Of a DNA stretch of 28,376 nt, positions 8,248 to 17,507 are shown one piece after another (the stretch's first letter is position 1; the number at the start of each line of letters is the position of its first letter). The stretch is taken from contig JBBIRR010000048.1 in the NCBI GenBank assembly GCA_037441705.1, positions 1 through 28,376 on the forward strand, read 5' to 3'. The notes beneath the pieces are model-generated. The model saw only the letters and a list, made by a program, of their open reading frames with translations, did no database searches and had not been told where the DNA came from. The position numbers were made by a program, and so were the translations under genes. This DNA is from Ignavibacteriales bacterium. GTDB taxonomy: Bacteria; Bacteroidota; Ignavibacteria; UBA10030; UBA6906.

Positions 8248-9102
8248 TCACGAATCGTACTTGTAGAATCCTTGCTTCGTCTTCCTGCCCAGGGTGCCTG
8301 CCTCCACCATCCGACGCTGAATCGGATGAGGACGGAAACGCGGCTCGTGGAAAAACTGCTCGTACACCGATTGCGTCACCGCATAGTTCACATCGATCCC
8401 GATCAGATCCATCAACTCGAAAGGCCCCATCTTGAATCCGCCCTCAAGTCTGACGATGCGGTCAATCACCTCGACGGGGGCAACGCCTTCGCCCAGAAGC
8501 CGCAGCGCTTCGCCGTAGAAGGGTCGCGCGACGCGGTTGACGATGAACCCCGGCGTGTCGTTGCAGACAACGGGTGTCTTCCCTAACCGACGTGCAAGCT
8601 CTACCGTCGTTTGCACCGTCGCATCGGATGTCTGCTTGCCGCGAACGACTTCCACGAGTTTCATGAGCGAGGGGGGATTGAAGAAGTGCATGCCGATGAC
8701 GTTTGCCCCTCGAGCGGTAGCAGCGGCCAGGAGCGTAATCGAGAGCGACGACGTGTTGCTTGCCAGCAGCGCCTCCGCTCCGAGCAGCCGGTCGAGGTTC
8801 TGAAACAATTCTCTCTTTACCTGCACATCCTCCAGCACGGCTTCAATGACGATGTCGGCAGGTTGAAGCTCGGCAAGCGTTGCGACGGCATGAATGCGCG
8901 CGTAGATTTCTGTTGCAACGACTGCCGTGATCCGATCCTTCTCGACTGCACGATTGAGGTTCTGCTTGATGCGCGCCATGCCTGCTGCAAGCGCTTGCTG
9001 CGAGACGTCGTTCAAGAGCACGTGGAACCCTGCCCCGGCGGCAACCTCGGCAATGCCGCTGCCCATCGTTCCTGCCCCGATAACGCCAATCGTCGTGATC
9101 AT
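8248..9102 (-). CDS. paaH: 3-hydroxyacyl-CoA (3-hydroxyadipyl/butyryl-CoA) dehydrogenase
   Basis: GVIGAGTMGSGIA, VIEAVLE, ASNTSSLSIT, GMHFFNP, DTPGFIVNRVARPFYGEALR (PaaH-type), GPFELMDLIGIDVN. Confidence 0.85.
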   Translation of the reverse strand: MITTIGVIGAGTMGSGIAEVAAGAGFHVLLNDVSQQALAAGMARIKQNLNRAVEKDRITAVVATEIYARIHAVATLAELQPADIVIEAVLEDVQVKRELFQNLDRLLGAEALLASNTSSLSITLLAAATARGANVIGMHFFNPPSLMKLVEVVRGKQTSDATVQTTVELARRLGKTPVVCNDTPGFIVNRVARPFYGEALRLLGEGVAPVEVIDRIVRLEGGFKMGPFELMDLIGIDVNYAVTQSVYEQFFHEPRFRPHPIQRRMVEAGTLGRKTKQGFYKYDS

Positions 9103-9264
9103 GAATCTCCGTGCGCGTGTGATGATTGCACGATAGTATAGCGAGATTGCAGTGGAGATTCAACTACGCAGCATCCGTGCTCGACGAGGGCGAGCGCGGG
9201 ATTCTCACTCCGTGATTTCTTATGTTGAGGACGCATCGAACACAAACCACGCCGAAGAAACAAC

Positions 9265-9750
9265 ATGGAACTGACGCCGATTACCGCCATTCAGGGGATT
9301 CAGGCGGTTCTCGCTCCTGCGCTCGGCATTTCAGCCGTTGGACTCCTTCTGCTGGCGCTGAACAATCGCTACTCCGCCATCGTCAATCGCATCCGCTTGC
9401 TCAACGACGAGAAGCGCCGGTTTCATAAGCTGCTGGCAGACAACGTGCAGTTGAATTATACCGAGAACGCCCGCTATCAAAGCATTCGCAATCAAATGGA
9501 AGGCCTGTTGATGCGCAGCCGTCTGATCCGCAACGCCATCATCTGGCTTCAGCTCGCGATCGGCCTCTTCGTCCTCACCTCGGTTGCCATCGGGATGAGC
9601 CTCTTTGTGGCCGCGGCAGCGCTTGCCTCTTCCACGCTGGTCATCTTTGTGTGCGGGATGGTATGCGTGCTGGTGGGGATCGTCTTTGCGGCAATCGAGA
9701 TTGCCCGCTCGTTCAGGATCGTCTTGATCGAAGTGAATGCGGAAGAGTAG
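9265..9750 (+). CDS. DUF2721 domain membrane protein
   Basis: IQAVLAPALGISAVGLLLLALNNRYSAIVNRIR motif, three hydrophobic helices, R-x-RLIRNAI. Confidence 0.8.
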   Translation: MELTPITAIQGIQAVLAPALGISAVGLLLLALNNRYSAIVNRIRLLNDEKRRFHKLLADNVQLNYTENARYQSIRNQMEGLLMRSRLIRNAIIWLQLAIGLFVLTSVAIGMSLFVAAAALASSTLVIFVCGMVCVLVGIVFAAIEIARSFRIVLIEVNAEE

Positions 9751-9792
9751 AACCGCTCGCCTCGCGCGTTGAGGGCTGCGGTTCACTGCATG

Positions 9793-10578
9793 TTACGTCC
9801 CCCGAAACGCCGGCTTGCGCTTTTCTAAGAATGCCTTCAGACCCTCTTTGTGATCTTCCGTTTCCGAAGCGATCTGCTGAATGTAGGCTTCGTAGTCTAA
9901 CAGCGAGTCGAGATCGGAAGAGAGTGATTTGTTGAACGCCCGCTTCATCAAGCCGATGGCGCGTGTGGGCGCAGCTGCAAGCGCGTTCGCCAACTCCATG
10001 GTCACCGTCTCCAACTCCTCCGGCTTCGCGAGGCGATTAACCAATCCTACCTGCAAACATTCCTCTGCGGGAATCTTGCGTCCTGTGGCTGCGTACTCGA
10101 AGGCTCGCGTCAACCCTGCGTACCGCGGCAGAAACCAGTGCGCGCCGGAATCCGGCACAAGCCCGATGTTGACAAATGCCTGCATCAGGTACGCCTCGGT
10201 GGACATGACGCGCATGTCGCATGCGAGCGCAACGCTGCAGCCGGCACCTGCGGCAACACCGTTGATCATCGCGATCACCGGCTTCTCGATCGTTCGGATT
10301 TTTCGGATCAGAGGATTGTAGGATTTCTCGAGCGACTCCTTGAGCGAACGCGAGGAACCCTGATGTTCCTTCAAGTCCTGCCCCGAGCAGAACGCTTTCT
10401 GGCCCGCGCCGCGCAGCACGATGCAGCGAACAACCGCGTCTCGTGCCGCCTCTTTGAACGCGTCGTTCAGTTCTTTCTTCATCTGCTCGGTGAAGGCATT
10501 ATAGCTCTCCGGACGGTTCATCGTGATGGTCAGAACACCGTTGGTCATCTGGTAGAGAAGAGTTTGAAAGTCGGGCAT
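9793..10578 (-). CDS. paaG: Crotonase-family, PaaG-like ring-1,2-epoxyphenylacetyl-CoA isomerase
   Basis: Start ATG 10578 (MPDFQTLL). AFCSGQDL, YNPLIRKI, NGVAAGAG, QAFVNIGLVPDSG with the PaaG-type catalytic Asp; adjacent to paaF-like gene. Confidence 0.75.
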   Translation of the reverse strand: MPDFQTLLYQMTNGVLTITMNRPESYNAFTEQMKKELNDAFKEAARDAVVRCIVLRGAGQKAFCSGQDLKEHQGSSRSLKESLEKSYNPLIRKIRTIEKPVIAMINGVAAGAGCSVALACDMRVMSTEAYLMQAFVNIGLVPDSGAHWFLPRYAGLTRAFEYAATGRKIPAEECLQVGLVNRLAKPEELETVTMELANALAAAPTRAIGLMKRAFNKSLSSDLDSLLDYEAYIQQIASETEDHKEGLKAFLEKRKPAFRGT

Positions 10579-10630
10579 AAGCTTGCTGTTGAATAGTTGA
10601 GTTGAGAGAATGTCGTACGGTTCGGGGTAG

Positions 10631-11404
10631 TTACTTTCCCTTCCACTCCGGTTTTCGCTTCTCCGCAAACGCCTTCATTCCTTCTTTCTGATCTTCCGAA
10701 GCAAACAGGAGATAGAAATTCTTCCGCTCGAACTCCAGTCCCGCCTCGATGGTGGTATCGAAGGCCTTCAGCACGGCTTCCTTCGCGAGTTTGATTGCGA
10801 CGGGCGGTTTCGAAGCGATTTCTTTCGCCCACGCCTTTGCCTCTTCGAGGTAGTATTCCACGGGCACGACTTTGTTGATGAGTCCCCATCGTAACGCTTC
10901 ATCGGCGGAGATCATTCTGCCGGTGAGCACCATTTCCATTGCTTTCACTTTACCGACCGCGCGCGTAAGCCGTTGGGTACCTCCGGCTCCGGGCATCACG
11001 CCGATGTTGATCTCCGGCTGTCCCAATTGGGCCGTCTCGCTCGCAATCACCATGTCACAGCTCATCATCAGCTCGCAGCCGCCTCCGAGCGCAAAGCCGC
11101 TGACGGCTGCAATAAGCGGCTTCTTGATTTTGCGGATGCGATCCCAGCGGGCAAACTGGTCGCGCGTCAGCATCTCGATGGCCGATGCATCGGCCATTTC
11201 TTTGATATCCGCGCCCGCGGCGAAAGCTCTTTCGTTGCCGGTCAGAATGATGCAGCGAACGTCCGGGTCGTTGTCCAGCGTGGTCAGTGCATCGACCAGC
11301 TCCTCCATCAGTTTGATGTTGAGTGCATTCAAGACGTCGGGACGGTTGAGCTGAACAAGCGCGTAGCCGTCCTGTTTGGTGACGATGATGAATTGATACG
11401 CCAT
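10631..11404 (-). CDS. paaF: Enoyl-CoA hydratase, PaaF-like (2,3-dehydroadipyl-CoA hydratase)
   Basis: Start ATG 11404 (MAYQFII). AFAAGADIKEM, GFALGGGCEL, GQPEINIGVMPGAGGTQRL with both catalytic Glu. Confidence 0.8.
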   Translation of the reverse strand: MAYQFIIVTKQDGYALVQLNRPDVLNALNIKLMEELVDALTTLDNDPDVRCIILTGNERAFAAGADIKEMADASAIEMLTRDQFARWDRIRKIKKPLIAAVSGFALGGGCELMMSCDMVIASETAQLGQPEINIGVMPGAGGTQRLTRAVGKVKAMEMVLTGRMISADEALRWGLINKVVPVEYYLEEAKAWAKEIASKPPVAIKLAKEAVLKAFDTTIEAGLEFERKNFYLLFASEDQKEGMKAFAEKRKPEWKGK

Positions 11405-11454
11405 GAGGTTCCTTTCCGCGATGTGTCTGACAAAATACTGAAGCCGTCCGACTT

Positions 11455-12003
11455 TCACAACCGCTCGAAATCCCTGAGATGACGGCGAAGAATGCGCAGC
11501 GCTCGCGTGATCTGATTCTCCACCGTCTTGACGGCGATGCCGAGATGGGCGCTGATTTCGTTGTTGCTCATTCCTTCCACTCTGCTCAGCAAAAACACCT
11601 GCCGGCATTTTTCCGGCAGTCGGGTCCGCACAACCTCAGAGAGCATCTCCTCCAGCATGCGAAGCTGCAATGCACTTTCCGGGTCATCGTCCGCTGAAGG
11701 AAGCACAGGGGGCAGATGCTCTTCGTGCCGGCGTCGGACGTCCTTGTGCCGGGCAAGGTCGCGCACAAGATTGGAACTGATGCGGAACAGATAGGCAAGG
11801 ATCGGCAGCTGCGTATTGAGGCGCAGACGATGATTCCAGAGCCGCAGGAACGACTCCTGCACAATGTCATGCGCAGCGTCCACATCGCGCACCATATACA
11901 CAACCTGGCGGAAAATGATCGGCTGGTATTTTTCGAATAGCTGGCGAAACGCCTCCGGATCCGAGGCGTGAATCTGCCGGACAAGCTCTTCGTCGTTGGA
12001 CAT
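11455..12003 (-). CDS. ECF RNA polymerase sigma-70 factor (FecI-like, Bacteroidota-type)
   Basis: Region 2 AHDIVQESFLRLW, region 4 LPEKCRQVFLLSRVEGMSNNEISAHLGIAVKTVENQITRAL; start ATG 12003 (alternative TTG 12021); divergent from FecR/TBDR operon. Confidence 0.92.
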   Translation of the reverse strand: MSNDEELVRQIHASDPEAFRQLFEKYQPIIFRQVVYMVRDVDAAHDIVQESFLRLWNHRLRLNTQLPILAYLFRISSNLVRDLARHKDVRRRHEEHLPPVLPSADDDPESALQLRMLEEMLSEVVRTRLPEKCRQVFLLSRVEGMSNNEISAHLGIAVKTVENQITRALRILRRHLRDFERL

Positions 12004-12096
12004 GCTGGGGGATTCGGGCAATTCTTTCCCAAAATAGATAGACTACGGTAGAGGTGCAACGTGTGCGGGAAAAAATTGGCGTACGCCTGTGGGGGA

Positions 12097-12123
12097 TGGG
12101 GGTTCCAGAATCGTTATCTTAGT
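12097..12123 (+). promoter_or_regulatory. Candidate ECF-type promoter motif 1
   Basis: TGGGGG-N8-TCGTTATC-TTAGT about 30 nt upstream of ATG 12151; similar motif at 12549-12575. Confidence 0.35.
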
Positions 12124-12150
12124 GTCGGATAAGCACTGCAAAGACACCGT

Positions 12151-12543
12151 ATGCGTACATTCTGTTGTGTCGTCGCTTTTCTGATGTTCTCCTACTTGCC
12201 TGGCTGTTCTGATGCAGGAATTCCGCTGGGCGTTGAGTTGAACGACCAGTTCAAACTCGCGTACGCTCACACAGTCCGTTTGCCCGATGGCTCAGAGATA
12301 TACTTCAAGGATGTTTTGGAAGACTCTCGTTGCCCGGTAGATGTTGTTTGCGTCTGGGAAGGAAATACAAAGGTCCTACTTATCGTGGCCGGGAAAGAGG
12401 TAACGCTGAATACTGCTCTAGATCCAAGAGAGGTTCGTTGTCGGGGCGGGACTGTCCGTCTCCTCAAGGTCGAGCCTGAACGCTCCCACAGGAAGGAGAT
12501 CCCTCTTCAGAAGTATGTTATAACGCTGATCGTGGAAGCGTGA
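12151..12543 (+). CDS. Hypothetical lipoprotein with DSRCPxxxxCxWxG motif
   Basis: Lipobox LPGC; EDSRCPVDVVCVWEG, a conserved motif of an uncharacterised lipoprotein family. Confidence 0.8.
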   Translation: MRTFCCVVAFLMFSYLPGCSDAGIPLGVELNDQFKLAYAHTVRLPDGSEIYFKDVLEDSRCPVDVVCVWEGNTKVLLIVAGKEVTLNTALDPREVRCRGGTVRLLKVEPERSHRKEIPLQKYVITLIVEA

Positions 12544-12548
12544 TCAGT

Positions 12549-12575
12549 TGGGAGGCTCTGTGTCGTTATCCTACT
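12549..12575 (+). promoter_or_regulatory. Candidate ECF-type promoter motif 2
   Basis: TGGGAG-N8-TCGTTATC-CTACT upstream of ATG 12599; same spacing as 12097-12123. Confidence 0.3.
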
Positions 12576-12598
12576 CAACAAGTTTCGAATAAAACAAT

Positions 12599-14110
12599 AT
12601 GAAACACCTGCTTATCTTCATTCTGCTCGCGCTTGTCCTTGCTGTCCCTGTGCACGCACAGTGGATTTCGATTCGGACGGTGCCGGTGATTGCAGGCAAT
12701 CAGGGTGATTTCCAACCTTCACAAGCACGCGGCATGGGTAATCTTGCAATCACGCTGGATGATCCGCTCGGTTCGCCGTTCATCAATCCCGCCAAAGGTT
12801 CGCTCGTCAAAGGCATCAGGCTGTTTGCCTCGCCCACGCGCACCGGTTGGAGCAACGATGGCGGCAGAGCCGTAACTTCCGTCCAGGGCTCCTCATTCTA
12901 TACAGGCACGGCGCTCAATTCAATTCCGTTCGGCGTGCTGCTTCACTCCGGTGATCTGTTTGGCGGTGGAGGAATTGCCTATCAAGGCTACAAAGGCGAC
13001 CGTTTCCGCGAACCGTTGCCGACCGTTGTTCCGTTCGATCGCTCCACCGATCTTTCCTCATCCTTCAGTTCCGATATTGGCTCTAACACCTTCCTCTTCG
13101 GTTTGATCGGCTTCACGACATCGGATGGAAAGCTTGCCTTCGGCGCAAGCGGAAGTTGGGCTGAGCTTTCGGCCATCGACGGCGTGAACCTGCTCTATCC
13201 CGGCGCCACCGACATCAAACAGAGCGGCAAGGTGTGGGAAGCGAAACTTGGCGTCATGGCGGACCTTCCCGAAGGCGATCGGTTGGAGTTCGTCGCCGGG
13301 CGCGGCGTCAGCACCGCAACGCACGAGGTGAGCTACCTGAGATCGATCGGTCCATCGTTTACCGTCGCCAAAGAAATGAATCGGGATGAAACCCGCGAGT
13401 GGCTTCTGCACTCGGTGTACTTGCGATCGCTTGGCGAGCGATGGAAAATCGGCGCCGCGTTGACCGTCAACTGGAAAGATCATCCGAAGATTCCCAACTA
13501 TGCCCTCGCCAACATTCCCCGCGATCCCGGCAATTCGATCGCTTACAACATCGGCGTTGGCATACGTTGGTCGAACGAAAAATCGTTCTGGGGTCTTGAG
13601 TACGTCTACGAACCGATCACGACCAACACCTGGGCTGAAGCAGGCGAGCAGCAGCTTCCGATTGCCGATCGGGCGCTGCCGTCCGACTTCAAGACCGTCG
13701 AGAACTTTTTCGACTTCTCCAATCACATCATTCGCGTCGGCCACTCATCGGTTTCGAAATGGGAGTGGCTCGAGTATCGGCTGGGAGGACAGTTGCACTT
13801 CTATAGCTACGACCTCCATCAGCGTGACAATCTCGCGCACAGCGCGCGCAACTTTACCACCGATTGGTTGGAGGCCACGCTTTCAGGCGGACTGACCGCC
13901 CGCATCGGCCGCATGCAGTTGATGTACACGCTGCAACTCGTTCTCGGCAACGGCCTCGTTGGGGTAGCGACGCCGAGATTTGTGGCAAGTCCCGAGGGTG
14001 GTATCATCCGCACGATGAACGACTTTCTTCCGGCGCCATCGGGCGCGCTCGTTGTCGACGATGTCCCGCTCGTGACGCACCAGATGGTGTTCATGTATGA
14101 GTTGAATTGA
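12599..14110 (+). CDS. Hypothetical outer-membrane beta-barrel protein (FadL-like N-terminal motifs)
   Basis: Signal peptide (..VHA-Q), ARGMG and FINPAK motifs, alternating amphipathic strands, C-terminal VFMYELN. Confidence 0.7.
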   Translation: MKHLLIFILLALVLAVPVHAQWISIRTVPVIAGNQGDFQPSQARGMGNLAITLDDPLGSPFINPAKGSLVKGIRLFASPTRTGWSNDGGRAVTSVQGSSFYTGTALNSIPFGVLLHSGDLFGGGGIAYQGYKGDRFREPLPTVVPFDRSTDLSSSFSSDIGSNTFLFGLIGFTTSDGKLAFGASGSWAELSAIDGVNLLYPGATDIKQSGKVWEAKLGVMADLPEGDRLEFVAGRGVSTATHEVSYLRSIGPSFTVAKEMNRDETREWLLHSVYLRSLGERWKIGAALTVNWKDHPKIPNYALANIPRDPGNSIAYNIGVGIRWSNEKSFWGLEYVYEPITTNTWAEAGEQQLPIADRALPSDFKTVENFFDFSNHIIRVGHSSVSKWEWLEYRLGGQLHFYSYDLHQRDNLAHSARNFTTDWLEATLSGGLTARIGRMQLMYTLQLVLGNGLVGVATPRFVASPEGGIIRTMNDFLPAPSGALVVDDVPLVTHQMVFMYELN

Positions 14111-15045
14111 TCGGCATTCTGAACTTCAATGCGATGCGTATGAAGTGGCTTCACAAAATGAGAGACGCTCTCCGGTTGGGCAGACGGTCGGTTGAGGACG
14201 ATGACCTGCTCAATCGGATACTTGCCCGGGAATCTCTGCGGCTTCGCAGCGTTGATCCCGAAACGCCTCTGCAGTGGCTTCGCCTGCAACGCTCGCTTTC
14301 GGAGCGTGGCGTTCAGGCTCCGGCACGGCAGCAGCGTGCCCTCCGTTGGGCACTTGGCGTCGGGCTGACTGCGGCGGCCATCGTGGGCGTGTACGTCATC
14401 TTAACGCCCACCGGTCATCATCGGACCGAGACGTTTGTTACCCAGCGTGGGCAGCAGGCACGTGTGGCTCTGCAGGAAGAGTCCGAAGCGCTGCTCCACG
14501 CCGCTTCCAGGTTGGAAGTGCAAGCGCTGCAGCCCGGTGAGCCGCGTCGTGTCTCGCTCGACGGTGAGGCGTTTTTCCGCGTGCGGCCAAACGGAACGCC
14601 GTTCGTCGTCTCAACGCGATGGGCAGATGTGCAGGTCGTCGGCACGGAGTTTAATGTGCGCGCTCGCGGGGCTGCGCTCGAGGTGGCGGTGATCCACGGC
14701 AGTGTAAAGGTGAGTGCGCGGGGCAGCACGCTAACGCTTGCAGAGCACCAGATCGCCGTCTGCTCCGAGGACGGTGTTCCTCAGTTAGCCGGAACGATTC
14801 CCTCGCCCGAGTATCCGGGCTGGTTGAGCGGGAAGCTGTTCCTGCGGCAGACGCCGTTCGAGGCGGCGTGCCGGGAACTGGAACTGCGCTTCGACATCTC
14901 GATTCGAGTTGAGGACGCGGCGGTGCGTGCCACCACAATCAACGGCGTCCTCGATGCGCGTACCCCGCAGGTAGCGCTTGCATCGTTGAGTGGACTGATT
15001 CAGAAGAACTTCCGCTTCGATGGCACGACGTACGTTATTGATTAG
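14107..15045 (+). CDS. FecR-family anti-sigma/signal transducer
   Basis: TM helix, LDGEAFFRV, VQVVGTEFNV, C-terminal WLSGKLFLRQTPF..ELELRFDISI. Start uncertain (TTG 14107 overlapping upstream stop, or ATG 14134/14140). Confidence 0.9.
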   Translation: MIGILNFNAMRMKWLHKMRDALRLGRRSVEDDDLLNRILARESLRLRSVDPETPLQWLRLQRSLSERGVQAPARQQRALRWALGVGLTAAAIVGVYVILTPTGHHRTETFVTQRGQQARVALQEESEALLHAASRLEVQALQPGEPRRVSLDGEAFFRVRPNGTPFVVSTRWADVQVVGTEFNVRARGAALEVAVIHGSVKVSARGSTLTLAEHQIAVCSEDGVPQLAGTIPSPEYPGWLSGKLFLRQTPFEAACRELELRFDISIRVEDAAVRATTINGVLDARTPQVALASLSGLIQKNFRFDGTTYVID

Positions 15046-17503
15046 CCTCGCGTGTGCGTTGTTGCTGTGCACCGAGTCGGAGGCACAGACGCGCGGCACA
15101 ACGCACTCGTTTCGCTTTGAGAATGCGCCGCTGCGAGCGGCGTTGGATTCGCTGCTGCGATGGTATGACGTGCCGTTAGTGTATTTAGAGAAAGATGTGG
15201 AAGGGCTTACGGTTACCGCCGACTGCCGTGCCTGCACCTTTGAAGAGGCGTTGCGAGAGGTACTCGCTGGTAAGGGCTTGTTCGCTTTGATGGTGGGCGA
15301 ACAGGTGCTTCTTCAGGTGCGGCGCGGCGGCGCGGAACCCGCGCGGGCAATTCTCGCCGGCACCGTCACCGATTCGCTGACGCGCGAGCCGCTCATCGGG
15401 GCAAGCGTCGCGCTGCGGAATGTCGGCTCCGAGCAGATCATCCGCTGGGGACTGACCAATGAGTTCGGCTTCTTTTCCCTCACACGCATCGAGCCGGGCA
15501 TTTATTCCCTCGAGATTCGCTCCATCGGCTACACCACGCGCGTGCAGCGCCTGACGATCGCCGAAGGCTCATCCACCGTCACCGCGTTCGCGCTGGAGCC
15601 GCGTGCGTACCTTCTTCCCGAAGTGATCATCGAAGGAGAACGCTCGGCCCTTGCTGCGGCGGAAGGACTCTCCCGCGGCATCTTCATTCGTTCCACCCCA
15701 ACCGACCAGAACCAGTACTTCCTCGAGGGAACCCGGATTTACAACCCGCAGCATTACGGCGGCGTGATGACGACGTTCAATGCCGATGCTCTGCGCGATG
15801 TGCAGGTTGTGGCAGGCGGTGTCCCTCCGTTCTACGGCGGACGCATCGGCGGAATTCTCGATGTCACGCTCCGCAACGGCAACAGCGATGGCCTCTCGGG
15901 CACGGCCCAAATCGGCTCACTCGCTTCGACGTTCTCCGTGGATGGGCCGCTGGACGATTTCACGAGCTTCATCGTTTCAGGTCGAAGAAGCTATCCCAAT
16001 ATTCTTCTCACACAACGAGACGAAACCGAACCGAGCGATCTGCGCTCGCTCGAACTTCTGACAAAAGTCAGTCACGGATTGTCCGGCAACGGCAGGCTCT
16101 CGTTAAGCGCGTATATCGGCAGGGATACCTACCAGAGAACCGTCGGTGATCGTGCCGGGCAGGAGCTTGCCAACGATTTCCGCTGGGGAAATACGACCGC
16201 GCATATACGGTGGGTAGATGTGCTTTCCCCGTCGCTTTTTGTTCATGCCTCTGCAGGCTACACACGATACGGATTCGACGTGAACCAACGCCGCAGCGGA
16301 CCGTATTCGGTTGAGCCATCGTTTTCCCGCTACGCAATCGAGGATGTGTCCCTGCGAGCCCACGCGGAGTACTTCTACGACGATCAGCATACGATGCGCA
16401 GCGGGGTGGAGTTGGTCCATCATCGGATGGAAGGGACGATCAGCGAATTCTCCAGCCAGCTCGCGCCGCTTTCGCTTGACGGGTTCGCGCCGTGGGAGTT
16501 GTCGATTTACCTTCAGGATCAATGGCGCTTGATTCCTTCGGTGACGGCGGAGTTAGGCGGACGGGCGACGTCATTCGTCGGACGGCAAGGCACGTTCTCC
16601 GCGCTCGACCCGCGATTTGCTTTGCTCGTGAATCTCGACGACAACCTTCGCCTGTATTCATCCTTCTCGGCGGTAACGCAGTTTGTTCACCCGTACCGGA
16701 ATAGCGGGTTGTTCCTTTTCACGCCGACAGTCTTCTATTATCCTTCGACCACACGCGTTCGCCCGACGACGTCGCTTCTGCTTTCTCTCGGGTTGGTCAA
16801 GAATACGGACGATCATCGCTACACGTTTGCGGTGGAGGGATACTACCGAGTGACGCAAAAGCTGCACGAGTTTGTCTTCGACACGACACGCTACCTTCCC
16901 GTCGAGATTACCGATGCGGTGCTCTTCGGTGAGGGAACTGTGTACGGCGGAGAGGTTACGATCACGCGACGGACCGGAAGCGTGATGGGAATACTGCGCT
17001 ACAGTCTCTCGCTGGCACGCAATCGTTTCAGCGAAATCAACGACGGGCGGCCGTACACGCCCCGGTTCAATCGTACGCATGAGCTGTACCTCTCGCTCTC
17101 GTACTTTCCGAAAGACGACTGGATGTTCGGCGTACTGTGCCTGCTTTCCTCGAACCCGTCGCCGAAGCTTGCGCCTGAACCGCCGCAAACTGAGGCGCCG
17201 GTGGTGTCGACCAAGATACGCGAAGTCTCCACCGAGTTCACGCGGTACACCGATCATGTTGACCTCAACGGGGGACGACTGCCCGGGTTTCAACGCCTGG
17301 AGTTCCGCATCGCGCATTCATTCGACGTGGGGGCGCTGCCCTGCCAGGCTTCGCTCAGGATGGTGAATGGCTACGGAATCGCTGATCCGTTCGTGTGGGA
17401 GATCAGCAACAATTCCGACGAGCGATTGCGCTGGCGGGCGAAACTTGAGGCACCGGACCTTTTCCCACTCTATCCCGTGCTCAGCGTGGGCGTGAGGTTC
17501 TAA
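15020..17503 (+). CDS. TonB-dependent receptor with N-terminal STN and carboxypeptidase-regulatory-like domains
   Basis: Signal peptide; STN-like FENAPLRAALDSL..FEEALREVL; GTVTDSLTREPLIGASV; TonB-box-like LPEVIIEG; plug YGGRIGGILDV; C-terminal VGVRF. Confidence 0.9.
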   Translation: MARRTLLISLACALLLCTESEAQTRGTTHSFRFENAPLRAALDSLLRWYDVPLVYLEKDVEGLTVTADCRACTFEEALREVLAGKGLFALMVGEQVLLQVRRGGAEPARAILAGTVTDSLTREPLIGASVALRNVGSEQIIRWGLTNEFGFFSLTRIEPGIYSLEIRSIGYTTRVQRLTIAEGSSTVTAFALEPRAYLLPEVIIEGERSALAAAEGLSRGIFIRSTPTDQNQYFLEGTRIYNPQHYGGVMTTFNADALRDVQVVAGGVPPFYGGRIGGILDVTLRNGNSDGLSGTAQIGSLASTFSVDGPLDDFTSFIVSGRRSYPNILLTQRDETEPSDLRSLELLTKVSHGLSGNGRLSLSAYIGRDTYQRTVGDRAGQELANDFRWGNTTAHIRWVDVLSPSLFVHASAGYTRYGFDVNQRRSGPYSVEPSFSRYAIEDVSLRAHAEYFYDDQHTMRSGVELVHHRMEGTISEFSSQLAPLSLDGFAPWELSIYLQDQWRLIPSVTAELGGRATSFVGRQGTFSALDPRFALLVNLDDNLRLYSSFSAVTQFVHPYRNSGLFLFTPTVFYYPSTTRVRPTTSLLLSLGLVKNTDDHRYTFAVEGYYRVTQKLHEFVFDTTRYLPVEITDAVLFGEGTVYGGEVTITRRTGSVMGILRYSLSLARNRFSEINDGRPYTPRFNRTHELYLSLSYFPKDDWMFGVLCLLSSNPSPKLAPEPPQTEAPVVSTKIREVSTEFTRYTDHVDLNGGRLPGFQRLEFRIAHSFDVGALPCQASLRMVNGYGIADPFVWEISNNSDERLRWRAKLEAPDLFPLYPVLSVGVRF

Positions 17504-17507
17504 CATC

